A DNA stretch of 64,000 bases from Leidyana gryllorum EB-2025a (lineage: Eukaryota > Protista > Apicomplexa). A program made the translations under genes and the position numbers. This document shows positions 12,152 through 27,155 of this stretch, one piece after another. Where the stretch lies: positions 186,001 to 250,000 of the forward strand of contig JBLWGC010000082.1 in assembly GCA_048772705.1 (NCBI GenBank), written 5' to 3'. The first letter of the stretch is position 1; each line of letters begins with the position of its first letter. The notes under the pieces are model-generated. The model saw only the letters and a list, made by a program, of their open reading frames with translations, did not search any database and was not told where the DNA came from.

Positions 12152-13426
12152 ATGTTATTGGTTCGAGTACTCAGCCTCGGACTCCTGGGCTGCGTGGCAG
12201 CATGGGACTCCGATGGACACAGTGCTATCGGTATGACGGTCATGTCAGGCATCAAAGGAGAAGCTCTGGCACAGCTCAAGAGATTGCTGCAAGGCAAAGA
12301 TGTTGTAGATGTCGCAAGCTGGTCTCACTCGGTCATTAGAAAGTACCCCGCTGTCGAGACTATCTTCTTTCAGCCACAAGAACGTGACCTCTCTCTCAGA
12401 GTAAATTGCTCCGAGTTTGATGCTAATAAACCCTGTCCCCAAGGCCAGTGTTTGGTCAACGCCGCCAAACACTTCTACACACAGCTCATCGGCAGAGCAG
12501 ATCTCGCCCCCGAGTTCAAGATGCCCGTCAATCTCAAGTTCACTGACACTGACAACATGAAATTCCTCATCGCTGTCCTCGCGGAAATGCACAGCCCAAT
12601 GCAGTTCGGCTACACAGACAACAATATGGGACGCGATACCGAGATTCACTTCGCCGATGCTGGAAGGGTCAAACAGACCACTCTCTATGACTACTGGGAT
12701 CACGAACTCGTCCAGAAAACCATCAGAGATCGACCAAACTTCTGGTACTCTGGCTGGACACACCAAAACAATCTCGGCCGCGCCTTCTACGAAAAGGAAG
12801 CCAACGCTTGGAACAAAGCTACCGCTGAAGAACGACTCGAGATACTCGAAAAATGGGCCGCAGAGACCTTTCACGCCCTCTGCTCGCGAGTACAGAGGAA
12901 ACAGATCGCCGGAGGCGACGCTATCGATATGGGCAAAGAAGCAGATGAGCGCAGCTTGCTAATCCCAGACAAGTTTGCCTACACTGCAGCCCACATCTTC
13001 ATGGACTTTGAGTTTTTGAAGACCAAAATACTCACTGCCGGTATTCGTGCATCCATTGTCCTCAACTCTATTCTGGCGTCCCGAGATGCCAAACGGCTCC
13101 GTCAAGGCTCTGGAGTGAAGGTCTCACTTCGTAAGTCCCCCCACACACACTGTGTGCTATAACGTGTCTCCGCGACAATGATCGTAGATAAGGTCGAAAC
13201 GATACAAACGCCGGTTGACGCACACAGCTGGGCTCGAATGACCAGAAATCTGAGCATTAATCTCGTTATCATCGGACTGGTTGTGGTAAGCGACTCCTTG
13301 GCTCTGACGACCATTCAATCTGTGCCCCCCTTTCAGGGTGTGTTTCTAATGTTTGTCAAGTACACGTCTGGAGTGACTCAAAAGCAGCCGGGCGAGTCGA
13401 TGACGGTCCGAAAAGAGAAAGCGTGA
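12152..13426 (+). CDS. S1/P1 nuclease-family protein with signal peptide and C-terminal TM helix, degenerate active site
   Basis: Signal peptide MLLVRVLSLGLLGCVAA followed by W-D-S-D-G-H (S1/P1 N-terminus), C..G.CLV.A, KFLI...MHSP, LY..WD and AGIRAS.VLN. Hydrophobic segment near the C-terminus. Confidence 0.8.
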
Positions 13427-13625
13427 TGCGGCCTGCACCCTTGTAGATTTGAACGCAAAGCCTGGCGTCCATCCTTTCCCGCCACGCCAGAGAGGCAGGC
13501 AGGCAGGCGGGCAGAGACAGTAGCAGCGGCAGAGACAGTAGCAGCTTCTCAGCTCGGCCACTTGGCTGGCGGTATAACTATCTTGACAGTGCGTGGAGGA
13601 CCGATATATTAGGTTGGGAGCTATC

Positions 13626-15180
13626 CTATCTGTCTCGGAGAGAGGCTATGGGCGGGGCGCCTCCAGTGCCCTCTGCCATTGTGTCGTCGTCATCGTCGTA
13701 ATTCGCGTCCTCTTCCCAAATCTTGATACTCTTATCACATTCTCCGGTGATCAGACGAGTCTCGGACTGATCAAATTTGACTGCAAAGATTGCGTTCTCT
13801 GATGCGAGACTTCCCGGTTGGGGGATTGTCTCGAGGGTTTGGAACCGTTTGCCGCTCCGCCAGTCCCAGAAGTGCAAATGGCCACTGTCACTGCCGGCGA
13901 CTACCACGGCAGACTCTGGATCGTCCTTGATGGCTACACTATTTATAATGGATTTGCAGGGAGCCAAATCGCGCTCGTAGGCCGCGTGTTCACCCTTCCA
14001 TATCTGCAGAAAGTGGGTTGAGACATTGTGCTGTGCGGCGGGCGTACCTTTAGAGCGTCTCCGGCAGCCGAGAGGAAAGTATAGAGACGGGGGTGGACGG
14101 CCAGAGAGCGGATGCATTTACTGTGGTGGGTAAGGACGGTTGCACAGCGTCCCGCTCTGAGGTCCCACGTCCGGATGGTATTGTCAGCACTCCCAGAGAT
14201 GAGTTGGGGCTCGATGGATTGGCTCGCGAGACTAAAGATGGTGCTCGAGTGGCCACTGAAACAGTGTATCATGTCGCGTGTCCGAATGTCCCACAGTCGG
14301 ACGGCCGCGTCTCTTCCACCACTCGCGAGGACATCCACGGACGGGTGCAGAGTCAAACTGTATACACCACTGAGGTGTCCGTGGTAGTGTCGGACGACCT
14401 TGTTGGCCTCGAGATCCCAACACTTTACAGTGTTGTCTTCCCCACAGGAGAAGAGATAGGGGTGTCTTTGGGATATTACGAGGCCTCGGACGTTATGGAT
14501 GTGACCCGTTAAAGTCAATTTGAGAGTGCCGGTCGCTAAGTCCCATATCTTAATTAGCCTATCATTGCCTCCGGAAACGAACCACTCATTCGAGGGATCA
14601 ACGTCCAGACACCGAACCCATCCCGTATGACCAGCGATTACTCGTTTCAACTTCCATTTTGGGTGAAACACGGCATCTGGAGCTTTTGCAGCTTTAGCAA
14701 AGGTCAAATGAGACAGCAAGTCGCTGGCTTTACTGCGGGGAATACCCACGGGCGCCGCTGTCTCTTCAGACCGCGCCAGTACCCCCTTGGAGGGCTTATC
14801 AGCGATCATCGACGGCGGTGGCCCGCCCAACAGGCCGCCCGGGGCAGTTGAAAGAACGGCAGCATCAGCCGCACTTGAGGGATAGGTGTCCAGGAGCTCG
14901 ACCACCTGGTTGGCAAAATGTTGGCTTGGCATCGAGTGCTTACGGCTGCGGTAGTGAAGGATTTATCAGCTTTCTCTCTGTCCTTCTGAACGACCGATGT
15001 GCCATTCAACTTGGCCTTTTTGAGCATATCCCCATGGAGGCTCTCGACCCGCTGTTTTATGCTTTCGATATCCCCGTGCGTAGGCGGGGTCGGAAGACCT
15101 CTGTTGTTACGGAACAGAGATAAAGTCGCCTTGAGCTCATCTTGAGCTGCCTCAAGCGCGGGTCTTGAAGCCGTGGCCAT
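13626..15180 (-). CDS. PRP46: Pleiotropic regulator 1 / Prp46 WD40 splicing factor
   Basis: [60 protein letters not shown] and [33 protein letters not shown]. Confidence 0.95.
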
Positions 15181-15252
15181 TGAAGGGGAAAAAAATTACC
15201 AAGTTGCCATTGATGTGAGGCTGACTTTGTCGAGCCGACGGAAAACAGAATC

Positions 15253-16313
15253 ATGGGGTTACTACTGCCTGTGGAGATGACTGAAGAGGAGTCGTTGCAG
15301 CAGGTAAAGGACGAGTCGTCGTCGTCCTTCGCGAGCGAAGAAACTTCCTCACCTATAAGACGCACCAGCGCCGCCGACGGCCGCGCGAATCTAAAGCGGG
15401 CTTTGGTTCGAGTCAAAGATGAAGGTACTGGGGAAGAGAGGGCATTGGTCATTAGCAACGCGGATAATGCAGACAACTTGACAGTTTGGGATGTGGTCAT
15501 GATGAATCGGCGCTCTGTGGAGCGGAAGAAGCGCTTAAAAACAGAGCCTTCCGCCATCCCCGCCATAGATAAAGCAGTGCAGCTAAACGAGTTGCGAGAA
15601 TCCGGAGCCTCAGAGGATTTGATGGCTATGTTTCTCGACAACCCGTCTGAAACTCGCCACCCAGCCGCAGCCACGACTACAGCACCACAGGCGTTCGGTG
15701 AGTGATCGATCGTTTTCAATATCATTTCAATTTCCTCTTTCGCGCCGCAGAATCCCTCTTCGCGCTGCCTTTAGAGGTTGATCGCGCTGTAGTGGATCCG
15801 CTTGGAGTCTTTGTGGAGAACGATTGCAAACAACGTCTTCCGGCATTCGAGGGTGCCTATAAGAAGACGAAAGCTCGAAAGTGGACTGAGGGGGAAACCA
15901 GAAAGTTCTACGAGGCAATTAGTCGGGTGGGAGAGGACATGTCGATGATTGCGTCGTTCTTCCCGCATGTGGACTATAAGGACGTAGTTAGGAAGTACAA
16001 TAGAGAAAGGCGTACGAACCCCTCAGCTATAGACGACGCAGCCGCGGCAGCCGCTCGGCGACCGATGTACAGTGTCGCAGAGTACGAAGAAGCTCACGGC
16101 AAGAAGCTCGATATGGAGACCATAACGAAAAATCGCAAACTCTTCGAATATGCGAAAGGAGGCTGCGATGACGATGGATCGGTACCATTAGACGCCGATT
16201 TGGAATTCCTCTCCGGTGTTAATGTTGACGCCCCGTCACCAGATGGGACCGACAACGCCACCGATTCGTCGCACCATAATACCAATGTGTTCGATAGCTT
16301 GTTTGTTGGGTGA
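15253..16313 (+). CDS. BDP1: TFIIIB subunit B'' (Bdp1) SANT-domain protein
   Basis: RKWTEGETRKFYEAISRVGEDMSMIASFFPH....DVVRKYNRERRTNPSAID matches the Bdp1 SANT signature. One intron starts at 15698. Confidence 0.8.
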
Positions 16314-16321
16314 TTTTTGCA

Positions 16322-19300
16322 ATGCGTGTGGTCGGCGACATACCCTCCTGGATCGATGAGCAGCTTGGCAACCACCTTAAACATAAACAAAACGCACCTT
16401 TGACTGATTTGCTAACAGCAGTAACAGCCGTCTATGATGAGCTCGAAGAAGAGATGTGTGGCCTCGAGACGCAGGCCGATGCCCAATTGACCAGTTTAGT
16501 CGGATTCTGCCAACAGCTTATATCTGGCGAACCCAAGGGCGCTATCGAGAACGATAGTCACCACCTAATCAGCATCAACACTCTCGAAAAGGACGCTGCC
16601 GATGCCATCAAACTGGTCGATACCGCTCTCAAACCCTGCGCCGCCACCACTTCCGATCGGAATCTCGAAGTTCTGGCTTCCACTGACGCCGCACTCAGAC
16701 TACTCAAACAAACCGAACGCACTCTCCGCAACGTTCGCGATTGGGATGTCAAAGTCCGAGAAGTCGAACGGTGGCTCACCCGAACCGGTGACGAAATGGC
16801 CAATCACAACTTCCTCGACAAAGTCGACCCCGAGAGTCTCAAGTCTCACATTGCTGAACTCGGAGGTCTCAAGGAATCTGTCGTCACTGTTGAGAACTTC
16901 TTCGCCAGTTCGACCCGTAAACAGACCGTCGTTCGTCTCCTAAACAGATTCCGGAGCCTCTTACACTCGGTGAGTCGCTCAACCACCTTCCCCTCCCCCC
17001 CAATCACCAGCAGCTCCTGATGCAAGTCGGCCAGAGACTGTGCGCCGCAAAAGAGAATACCTCTCCGGACTCACGCTGGGGATCGCTGTTGTCTATACTC
17101 TTTGACGGCTTTGTCGTCGCCTCGGGGCCCTCCGGCTTGACCGAGGCAGTCACCATACTGACCCGCACGATGTGCGCTGCGTGGTTCCTGCCGAGGCTCA
17201 AAAGTCTATGGGGCCAACACTGCCACGAGAACGTCGATATCCCGCCCTGTCTGGCTGAGTTTGAAGCAATGTTCCCTCACCATCACTCCCCACCCGAAAT
17301 GAGCGCCACGGGACCCTGGTGGGGATGCCTCGCTCAAGCAGTGAACGATCTGCGAGAGGAGCTGACTCGGGTAAGTGCACACAGAGAACGAAAACTGTTC
17401 TATGACACGCCGCCCTGCAGCACAAGAGCGCTGTGGATCTATGTGCCTACAATGTCGTGCGATGCTTCATTCACAATGGGCTGACCGAAGAGAGTGTGGA
17501 ATCCTTTGAGGTCATCACAACAGGGCGCCCGCAGATGGCGCGCTCGTCGACAGCTGATCCATTACAAGCGGGATATGAGGAAGACAGAATGGTGGCTCAA
17601 CTGGTCTCAATCGCCACCTGCAGCCTGCAACAACGGCTTCTTCGCTTGTCGTTGCTGACACTCTGTCGTTGTGTTGTCGCCACCGTGGAACGAATTCCAA
17701 TCGAGGCACTGAGTTGTGCCGGTTCGGGGAAAGATGAGCTCTCTGATAGACTCGCGGTGAGTTGGACGACGACGTTCCATTGTGTAACAGTTGGGGAACG
17801 GTGCCCTGCCCACACGTGTGTGTGTTCGATCGATCTATTGGTGTCTCCTGGGTGTCGATAATGACAGCTTTCCGTGCAGATGACGATACGGTTCTATCAC
17901 GGCTTCATGAGTATCATTCAAGACGAGTCTGTAGACCCAATGTTCGATCAGCCACCCGAGGCTCAGGTGCTGATGGCCTTCAAGCTGCGGCCTCAAATTG
18001 CTGCATTGTGTTTGCCAAAGCAGCGGGAGGAGTTATGTGAGGAAGAAGAGGTGGTTTCGTTCCCAGAGGGGCGGCCAGTATTGTGTGCTCCTGTGCTGCT
18101 GAAGCACATTGCTCAACTGTCGGTGGCTGTGGCGCAAGAGCGTTTGAGTTCAAAGGTGTTTGTGTCTCTTCAGGAGATCGAGAAGCTGTTTGACGGTGAG
18201 CACGGAACGGGATGACCGAAAAGTATATCATTCGGCTGCACCACCACAGATCGGTGTACACCGAACCTCGGGACCAATGCCGTTATACACTTGGAGAAGC
18301 AGGTGGTGACCTTTGTGAGTATGATGACGGAGAATGATCTGAAACTATGGCGGCCCAAAGTTGAAGACTCGGAACAGCTGTATTGGCAGGACGTATTGGG
18401 CCTAGTGAGGGGGGTAATCGTAGAGAGTGCCAACTTTTTCTTGGCAGCGTTCGTGAGCCAAATTCGCACCGAGTTTCTCCTGCCATTCGAGCAACATTTG
18501 AGAACCGCTCAAGAGGCCGGAATCGGTATTGGAGACAATCGGTTAATTCAAGCCGCACTGCAGTTCCTCGATTTGACGACGGGTCTGCGGAAGCGATTGG
18601 AGGGCATTGTGTTGGCTGTTGGGAACGCGTTGCCCGCTTCACGGACCCCCGGCGAGCCTTCTCCCGGTGTGGTGGCGGCGTTGAGTGGGAGAAAGTGGAA
18701 GTGGGGGGGTGTCATGAGCTCGGGAGCGTTGTCTGTGGCGACTCCGAGCTTACAGATCCCACACGCTGAGCTTCTGAAATTACAGAGCGGCGCGAGAGGC
18801 TGCGCGACGGCGATATCGACCTTTGAGATCCGGAAGGAGCTGAAAGGGTACCACGAATACCTAATGGCCGCCCATAGCGCCGAGGCCGAACAGACGTTTA
18901 TTCAAGTTTTGGATTCGGCTCCGTCGCTGGCAGAGGGGCTCCAGCTGTTGGCCTGCAGTCCGGGGTTGGAGCACCTGTCCCTCCAGACGTCGCCGCCCGT
19001 GGGTAAAGCTCTGGGCGCCTGTATGGCTCTGTTGGGCCCTCTCTTTGTGTTTTCTGACGAGGACGAGGTGGCGCAGGAGATTGAATTCGTTATTCTGCCT
19101 TCCATTCTGATTCTGACCGCGAGTCAATTCTTACAGGAAGTTCACGAGGTACGCCGCTCTGCGTTTCGATCAATTTGGGGGACTCTTCGCAGGTGGAAAG
19201 GCTCGGATCGACGTCGATGTGGTTAGTGGCGGTGGACGTTCATCACACATTGTTGAGTTTGCGAACATTGGGTTCGCATATTCTGTTGGATGAGAGAGTG

Positions 19301-19570
19301 CCGAAATCGTTTGCGGCTGCGCAGGAGACTGCTGAGCGGCTGTTTGGTGTGGGTACTCAGCTGTGTTTACTGCGTAAGAAGCTATTGGAGGTTCTGTGTG
19401 AGATTGCTCCTTTCCGCGCGACCGGTGTGGATGCTGGGGCGTTGGGTTCTTTGATCTCGTCTGATGAACAGGAGATCAACGAATTGATCCCTCGTCTGAC
19501 GCGGTCGGCGGGTGCGGAGAGTATTGAGAGTAAATACGCAGAGTGGATAGCGATGAAGCTCGATTCGTGA
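16322..19570 (+). CDS. COG7-like Golgi tethering subunit (multi-exon, helical)
   Basis: N-terminus DIPSWID...LEVLASTDAALRLLKQTERTLRNVRDWDVKVREVE resembles the COG7 N-terminal coiled coil. A chain of + strand ORFs is linked by GT-AG introns. Confidence 0.5.
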
Positions 19571-19621
19571 CGAATGGCGTTTTCCATCTGTGAAAACCGT
19601 GGCTAAAATTTGATACATATA

Positions 19622-20736
19622 ATGCCGACTCCTCAATGCCAAGGATGTCTTGAAGCTCTCCCGAGGGTTAGACGGTCCGCCAACAGAGAGGCGTTGTGCA
19701 TTGAATGCTTTGCCAAAGCATTTGAAGACGAAGTCTATACTGTCTGCCAACGTTATAAACTGTTTAGGAGAGGCGACCGCGTGGCCATTGGGGTCTCAGG
19801 CGGAAAAGGTGCGTTTGGGCACCGAAGACTCCTTCTCACATCTCCGTCTGCACGCAGATTCATCAGCGCTCCTCCACTGTTTGGTATCGATAAATGAGCG
19901 CTACGATATGGGTTTGGACATCCGGATGCTCGCCATCGACGAAGGGATCAAAGGATATAGAGACGACTCGTTAGAGTGTGTGCACAGAGCCCAGGCGCGG
20001 TACCAATTGCCTCTCACCGTTCTCTCCTACACCGATTTGTATCGGGGATGGACAATGGACAATATTGTAGCCACTCTGGGCACTAAGAGCACTTGCACAC
20101 ACTGTGGGATTTTGAGGCGGCAGGCGCTCGAGAAGGGCGCTGTCGACGTGCGAGCCGACGTGATGGCCACCGGCCACAATGCGGACGACAGCATAGAGAC
20201 GCTGTTGATGAACTGTAAGTGGCAGAAATGCGGGTGGGGGCGGTCACATTGTGTTCTCAGTTTTACGTGGAGACTTGGTGAGGCTCAAAGCGTGCAGCGG
20301 AGTGAGCACCGGTGCTGGGCGCGAAGGGGAGGGGGAGGGAAAGGGGGAGGGAGACGACGACGGGAAATCAGAGGACGCAGGAAGATCAGGCGACCACAAG
20401 ATGAGGCGAGTGAAGCCTTTCTACTTTAGCTATGAGAAAGAAGTGGTGCTGTATTGTCATTTCCTCAAGCTGGACTACTTTTCGACGGAGTGTACATATA
20501 GTCCGAACGCGTATAGAGGTGAAGTGAGAGCGTTGGTGAAGAAGTTAGAGGCCCGAAATCCAAAGTTGATCCGAAAGGCACTGTACAGTGCGGAACAAGT
20601 TTTGGCTTTGAATAGACGGGACGTTGTGACTCGGTCTCAGACAGTGAACTGTGTTGAGTGTGGAATGATCAATACCACTCCGTTGTGCAAAGCCTGTGAG
20701 CTCCTTAACAAACTCGATCACGCGGCAGCACTGTGA
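19622..20736 (+). CDS. CTU1: Cytoplasmic tRNA 2-thiolation protein 1 (Ncs6/Ctu1)
   Basis: CxxC N-terminus, spliced PP-loop VSGGK|[51 protein letters not shown] and C-terminal CxxC...CKAC. Confidence 0.95.
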
Positions 20737-20808
20737 AGGAACGAAAGTTCTGTCTCCTGTATTAGCCAAAAAAAACGCCAGACTTTTTCGTCAGCACCGA
20801 GTTCAACC

Positions 20809-21577
20809 ATGGGTCGCCGTCCAGCACGTTGCTACAGATACTGCAAGAACAAGCCGTACCCCAAGTCTCGGTTCTGTCGTGGTGTCCCCGACCCCAAGAT
20901 CCGTATCTACGATGTAGGCAGAAAGAAGGCTGATGTTGATGAGTTCCCCGCCGTTGTTCACCTCGTCTCTGACGAGTACGAGCAGATTTCCTCCGAGGCT
21001 CTCGAGGCTGCCCGTGTCTGTGCCAACAAGGTAACCTTAAAACTGCACCGCTCTGCCACTCACAATCCTTCCCTTCTCAGTACATGGTCAAGTTCTGCGG
21101 TCGTGATAACTTCCATATGAGGATCCGTGTCCATCCCTACCACGTTCTGCGTATCAACAAAATGCTTTCATGTGCCGGTGCTGATAGGTAAGCCGCTCGC
21201 CAAACCACTCACTTTGCCATTTCCACCCCCCCAACAGACTTCAGACCGGTATGAGAGGTGCTTTCGGCAAGCCCAACGGTGTTGTGGCCCGGGTCAACAT
21301 TGGCCAGATCCTCGTCTCCATCAGAACCCGTGAGGACAGAGTCAACCACGCCGTGGCTGCTCTCACTCGCGCCAAGTACAAGTTCCCTGGCCGCCAGCGT
21401 GTCTTCACCTCCACCAAGTGGGGCTTCACTCCCTACGAGCGTGAGGACTACCTCAAGTACCAGGAGGAGGGCCGCATCATGTCTGATGGTGTCAGCTGCA
21501 AGCTCATCACCCACAAGGGTCCGTTGGCCAAGACCTTCCCCGAGGCCGCTCGCATCGACATCGCTGACCTCGAGTAA
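20809..21577 (+). CDS. RPL10: 60S ribosomal protein L10 (uL16)
   Basis: [46 protein letters not shown]|[13 protein letters not shown]. Two introns. Confidence 0.98.
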
Positions 21578-21753
21578 ACATACAAAGCACCTGTCTCTGT
21601 GTGTGCGCGCGTGCGTGCGTGGTACGGTTGTGCTCGTGTGTTACTTAAACAACAACTAGCGCTAAACCCCCTCTGGGGTAGAACTCGGTAGCTATTCGAC
21701 TAATTCACGACACAAAAAAAGCCCCCTGCCACGGCATAATAACGCCCGCCTCC

Positions 21754-22800
21754 TCAGCCCCTACAACAGTGATGCACCTCAGCTGCAAGAGCCCGTCGCT
21801 CGTCAGCCGGTAAAGCCATATACGCCTCTATCCTCAAAGGGTCCGTTCCAGACTCATATTCTACCTGCGCTTTCCCCACTTTCTCACGCCGCTCTTCGAG
21901 GAACACCTGCAGACACTGCAGTAAAGTCTGACCCTTCGGCGGCGGCTGTTGAGACTTTTGCAGAAACTCGTTTCGGGCAACGAGATCAATCTCCTCCCGT
22001 CGTCTGCGCAGCTCGTTGATCTTCTCTACCGTCCTAATTAATAGCTGCAAACGTTCCTCAGCGCTCGGCTCCGGCTTCCCCGCCTCCTGATTTGAGATTG
22101 CAATTGCGAGCTTCCGCCCAAACCCTCGCGCTCGGACACTCCTGAAGTCCTTGAGTCTCTCCAGGAGGGGGTTCTCTGAGAGAAGCTTCCTTTCATTGTT
22201 CTCATCGCACTTAAGTTTTTCAATCGCCTCCCATTCCACGCGTTTCCCCTTCTTATTCTTCAGTAACCAGTTAAAATAGGCGTCAAACTGCCGCTCCCAC
22301 AGCTCCGGGAAAGCTATGTCTGTTGGATGTGGCGGGCGCGGAGGAACGGGTATACCGAGTGGGTATGCCATCTGTGTATTGTGGTTACAGCAATCACCTA
22401 CAGACGACCAGATTTGTCGATTAAATGACCCTTCCAAGGAAAACAGTCCAGCATAGGATTCACCCACCATCATCGCCAACAGTGTAGGACTGGCAGTAAA
22501 CAATGTGGACTTATCTGCTTTCGATGAGCGTACCCAAGCATTCGTTACCACGCTGTATCCTCGGCCTGCCACCCGTCGCTACGATGCGGCTTTGGGCTGT
22601 CAAAAACATGGACTGTCTCCAAAGATTGACGCACTCCTCCTAAAGCACAACTTTGATCAAGCTGCATTAACTCCGAAAGCGGAGGGAGGTGTCCTTTGGC
22701 AATCGATCCGTCCGCTTGGGCGTCAGCCGTCACCTCGCTAAGGTCTATTGCTGATGTGCTGAGGACACCGAGATGCATCTTGTGAAAAGGATATTACAGT
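21754..22800 (-). CDS. Hypothetical protein with helical/coiled-coil C-terminus; 5' exons unresolved
   Basis: 272-aa ORF with natural composition fills the gap between RPL10 and RPS17. No recognised motif. Confidence 0.5.
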
Positions 22801-23268
22801 GTGGTGTGCGTGCGGGAGACACGGGTGGTGTACCGTATGGGCATTTTGGCACCCAGAGGATCACTTGATCGTGGGAACCACCGGTTGACCTCTGTTCGCC
22901 CCGAATAATGCAATATTCATGTCCTGCTTACGATACACCTAGTCGGTTGCCTGATGCCGAGCGGGCACATACCCTCCATTGTGGCTGCCAAGGTGCTCAG
23001 ATGGCACACAGTAGGAGATGTCATTGAATTGAATGGCACCAGTAAACATGGGCAGTGTGTTATGTGCAGATTTTGGAGCGCTTTTGCACAACTTTGGTGC
23101 AAAGTTCGCTTGGAGTGCCCGCAGCGGGCCGAGGTATCTTGGCCCTGTCCACCGACTTTTACAGTCGAGACGCGGGATAAGGATGGAGCAGTGGATTATT
23201 TGTACCGCCTATGAAGCCATGGCTATGTTTTAGTCCACCACCACGCAACACACACTGAGGTAGTAGAT

Positions 23269-23681
23269 CTACTGGGTCAACTCTCGAACGTTGATGTTGA
23301 GTTCGAGGGCCTTGAGCATCTCTATGGTGTCCTTATCGGTAGTGATGGGACCATCGGCCTCAGTGACAGAGCGCTCAGGCATCATATCCTGTCTTCTCTC
23401 ACGTTCAGCTTCCTGGAGGCTGATAGAGATACCGCGGACGGAACCGTTCTTGAAGCGTTTCATCAGGTGGGTAACGAAGCCGCCGATTTTGTTGCGGAGG
23501 CGCTTGGAGGGAATCTGAGCGACCTCTTCGCAAATCTTCTTATTGATTTGGAAGTCACCAGTCAACTTCTGGTAGTACTTCTCGACAATCTGCCTGGCGG
23601 CACGCTTCACAGTCTTGGTTCTAACACGGCCCTAGGAGGACATTACAAGTTTGAGAAGTGGGTGGGGTGGGCGCTTACCAT
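23269..23681 (-). CDS. RPS17: 40S ribosomal protein S17 (eS17)
   Basis: ATG|GTAAG intron, then [20 protein letters not shown]...[19 protein letters not shown]...[15 protein letters not shown]. Confidence 0.97.
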
Positions 23682-23882
23682 GTTGACTCAATGACGGACC
23701 CTCAGGGGAGCGACGCAAAAAAAGTTTGGTATCCTCCCTATCATTTTGGCCGGGACAATACAGCCGTCTTGAGTTGGTACATTCATATATGAGTCTGTCT
23801 GCCTGAATGGTTTAAGACTATATCTCTACGTGTGTCTTCTAACTGTATAGTGGTGATGGCACGCCTAGTTGAAAACTTTGCC

Positions 23883-26950
<3,068 letters not shown>

Positions 26951-27155
26951 GCCCGCGGGCGTATTACTCTACCGAAACACACATTTGCCGCCCTCCGATA
27001 CACAACTGAATCTCACCATCGGTTGTTGAGGCATATTACCATATGCAGAAGCTTGACCTGGTCCTGGGGGCATCATTGTTTGCTGAGGATAGCCCAGGTG
27101 GGTAGCCATGGCTCACGTGGACACCAAATCTTTTTGTTCTTTCCTCCACACTAAC

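Noticed and set aside
13490-13550. GGCA repeats and an 18-bp direct duplication (GGCAGAGACAGTAGCAGC x2) between convergent genes
   Set aside because: Simple slippage-type repeat in 3' flanking sequence, with no element ends or ORF.
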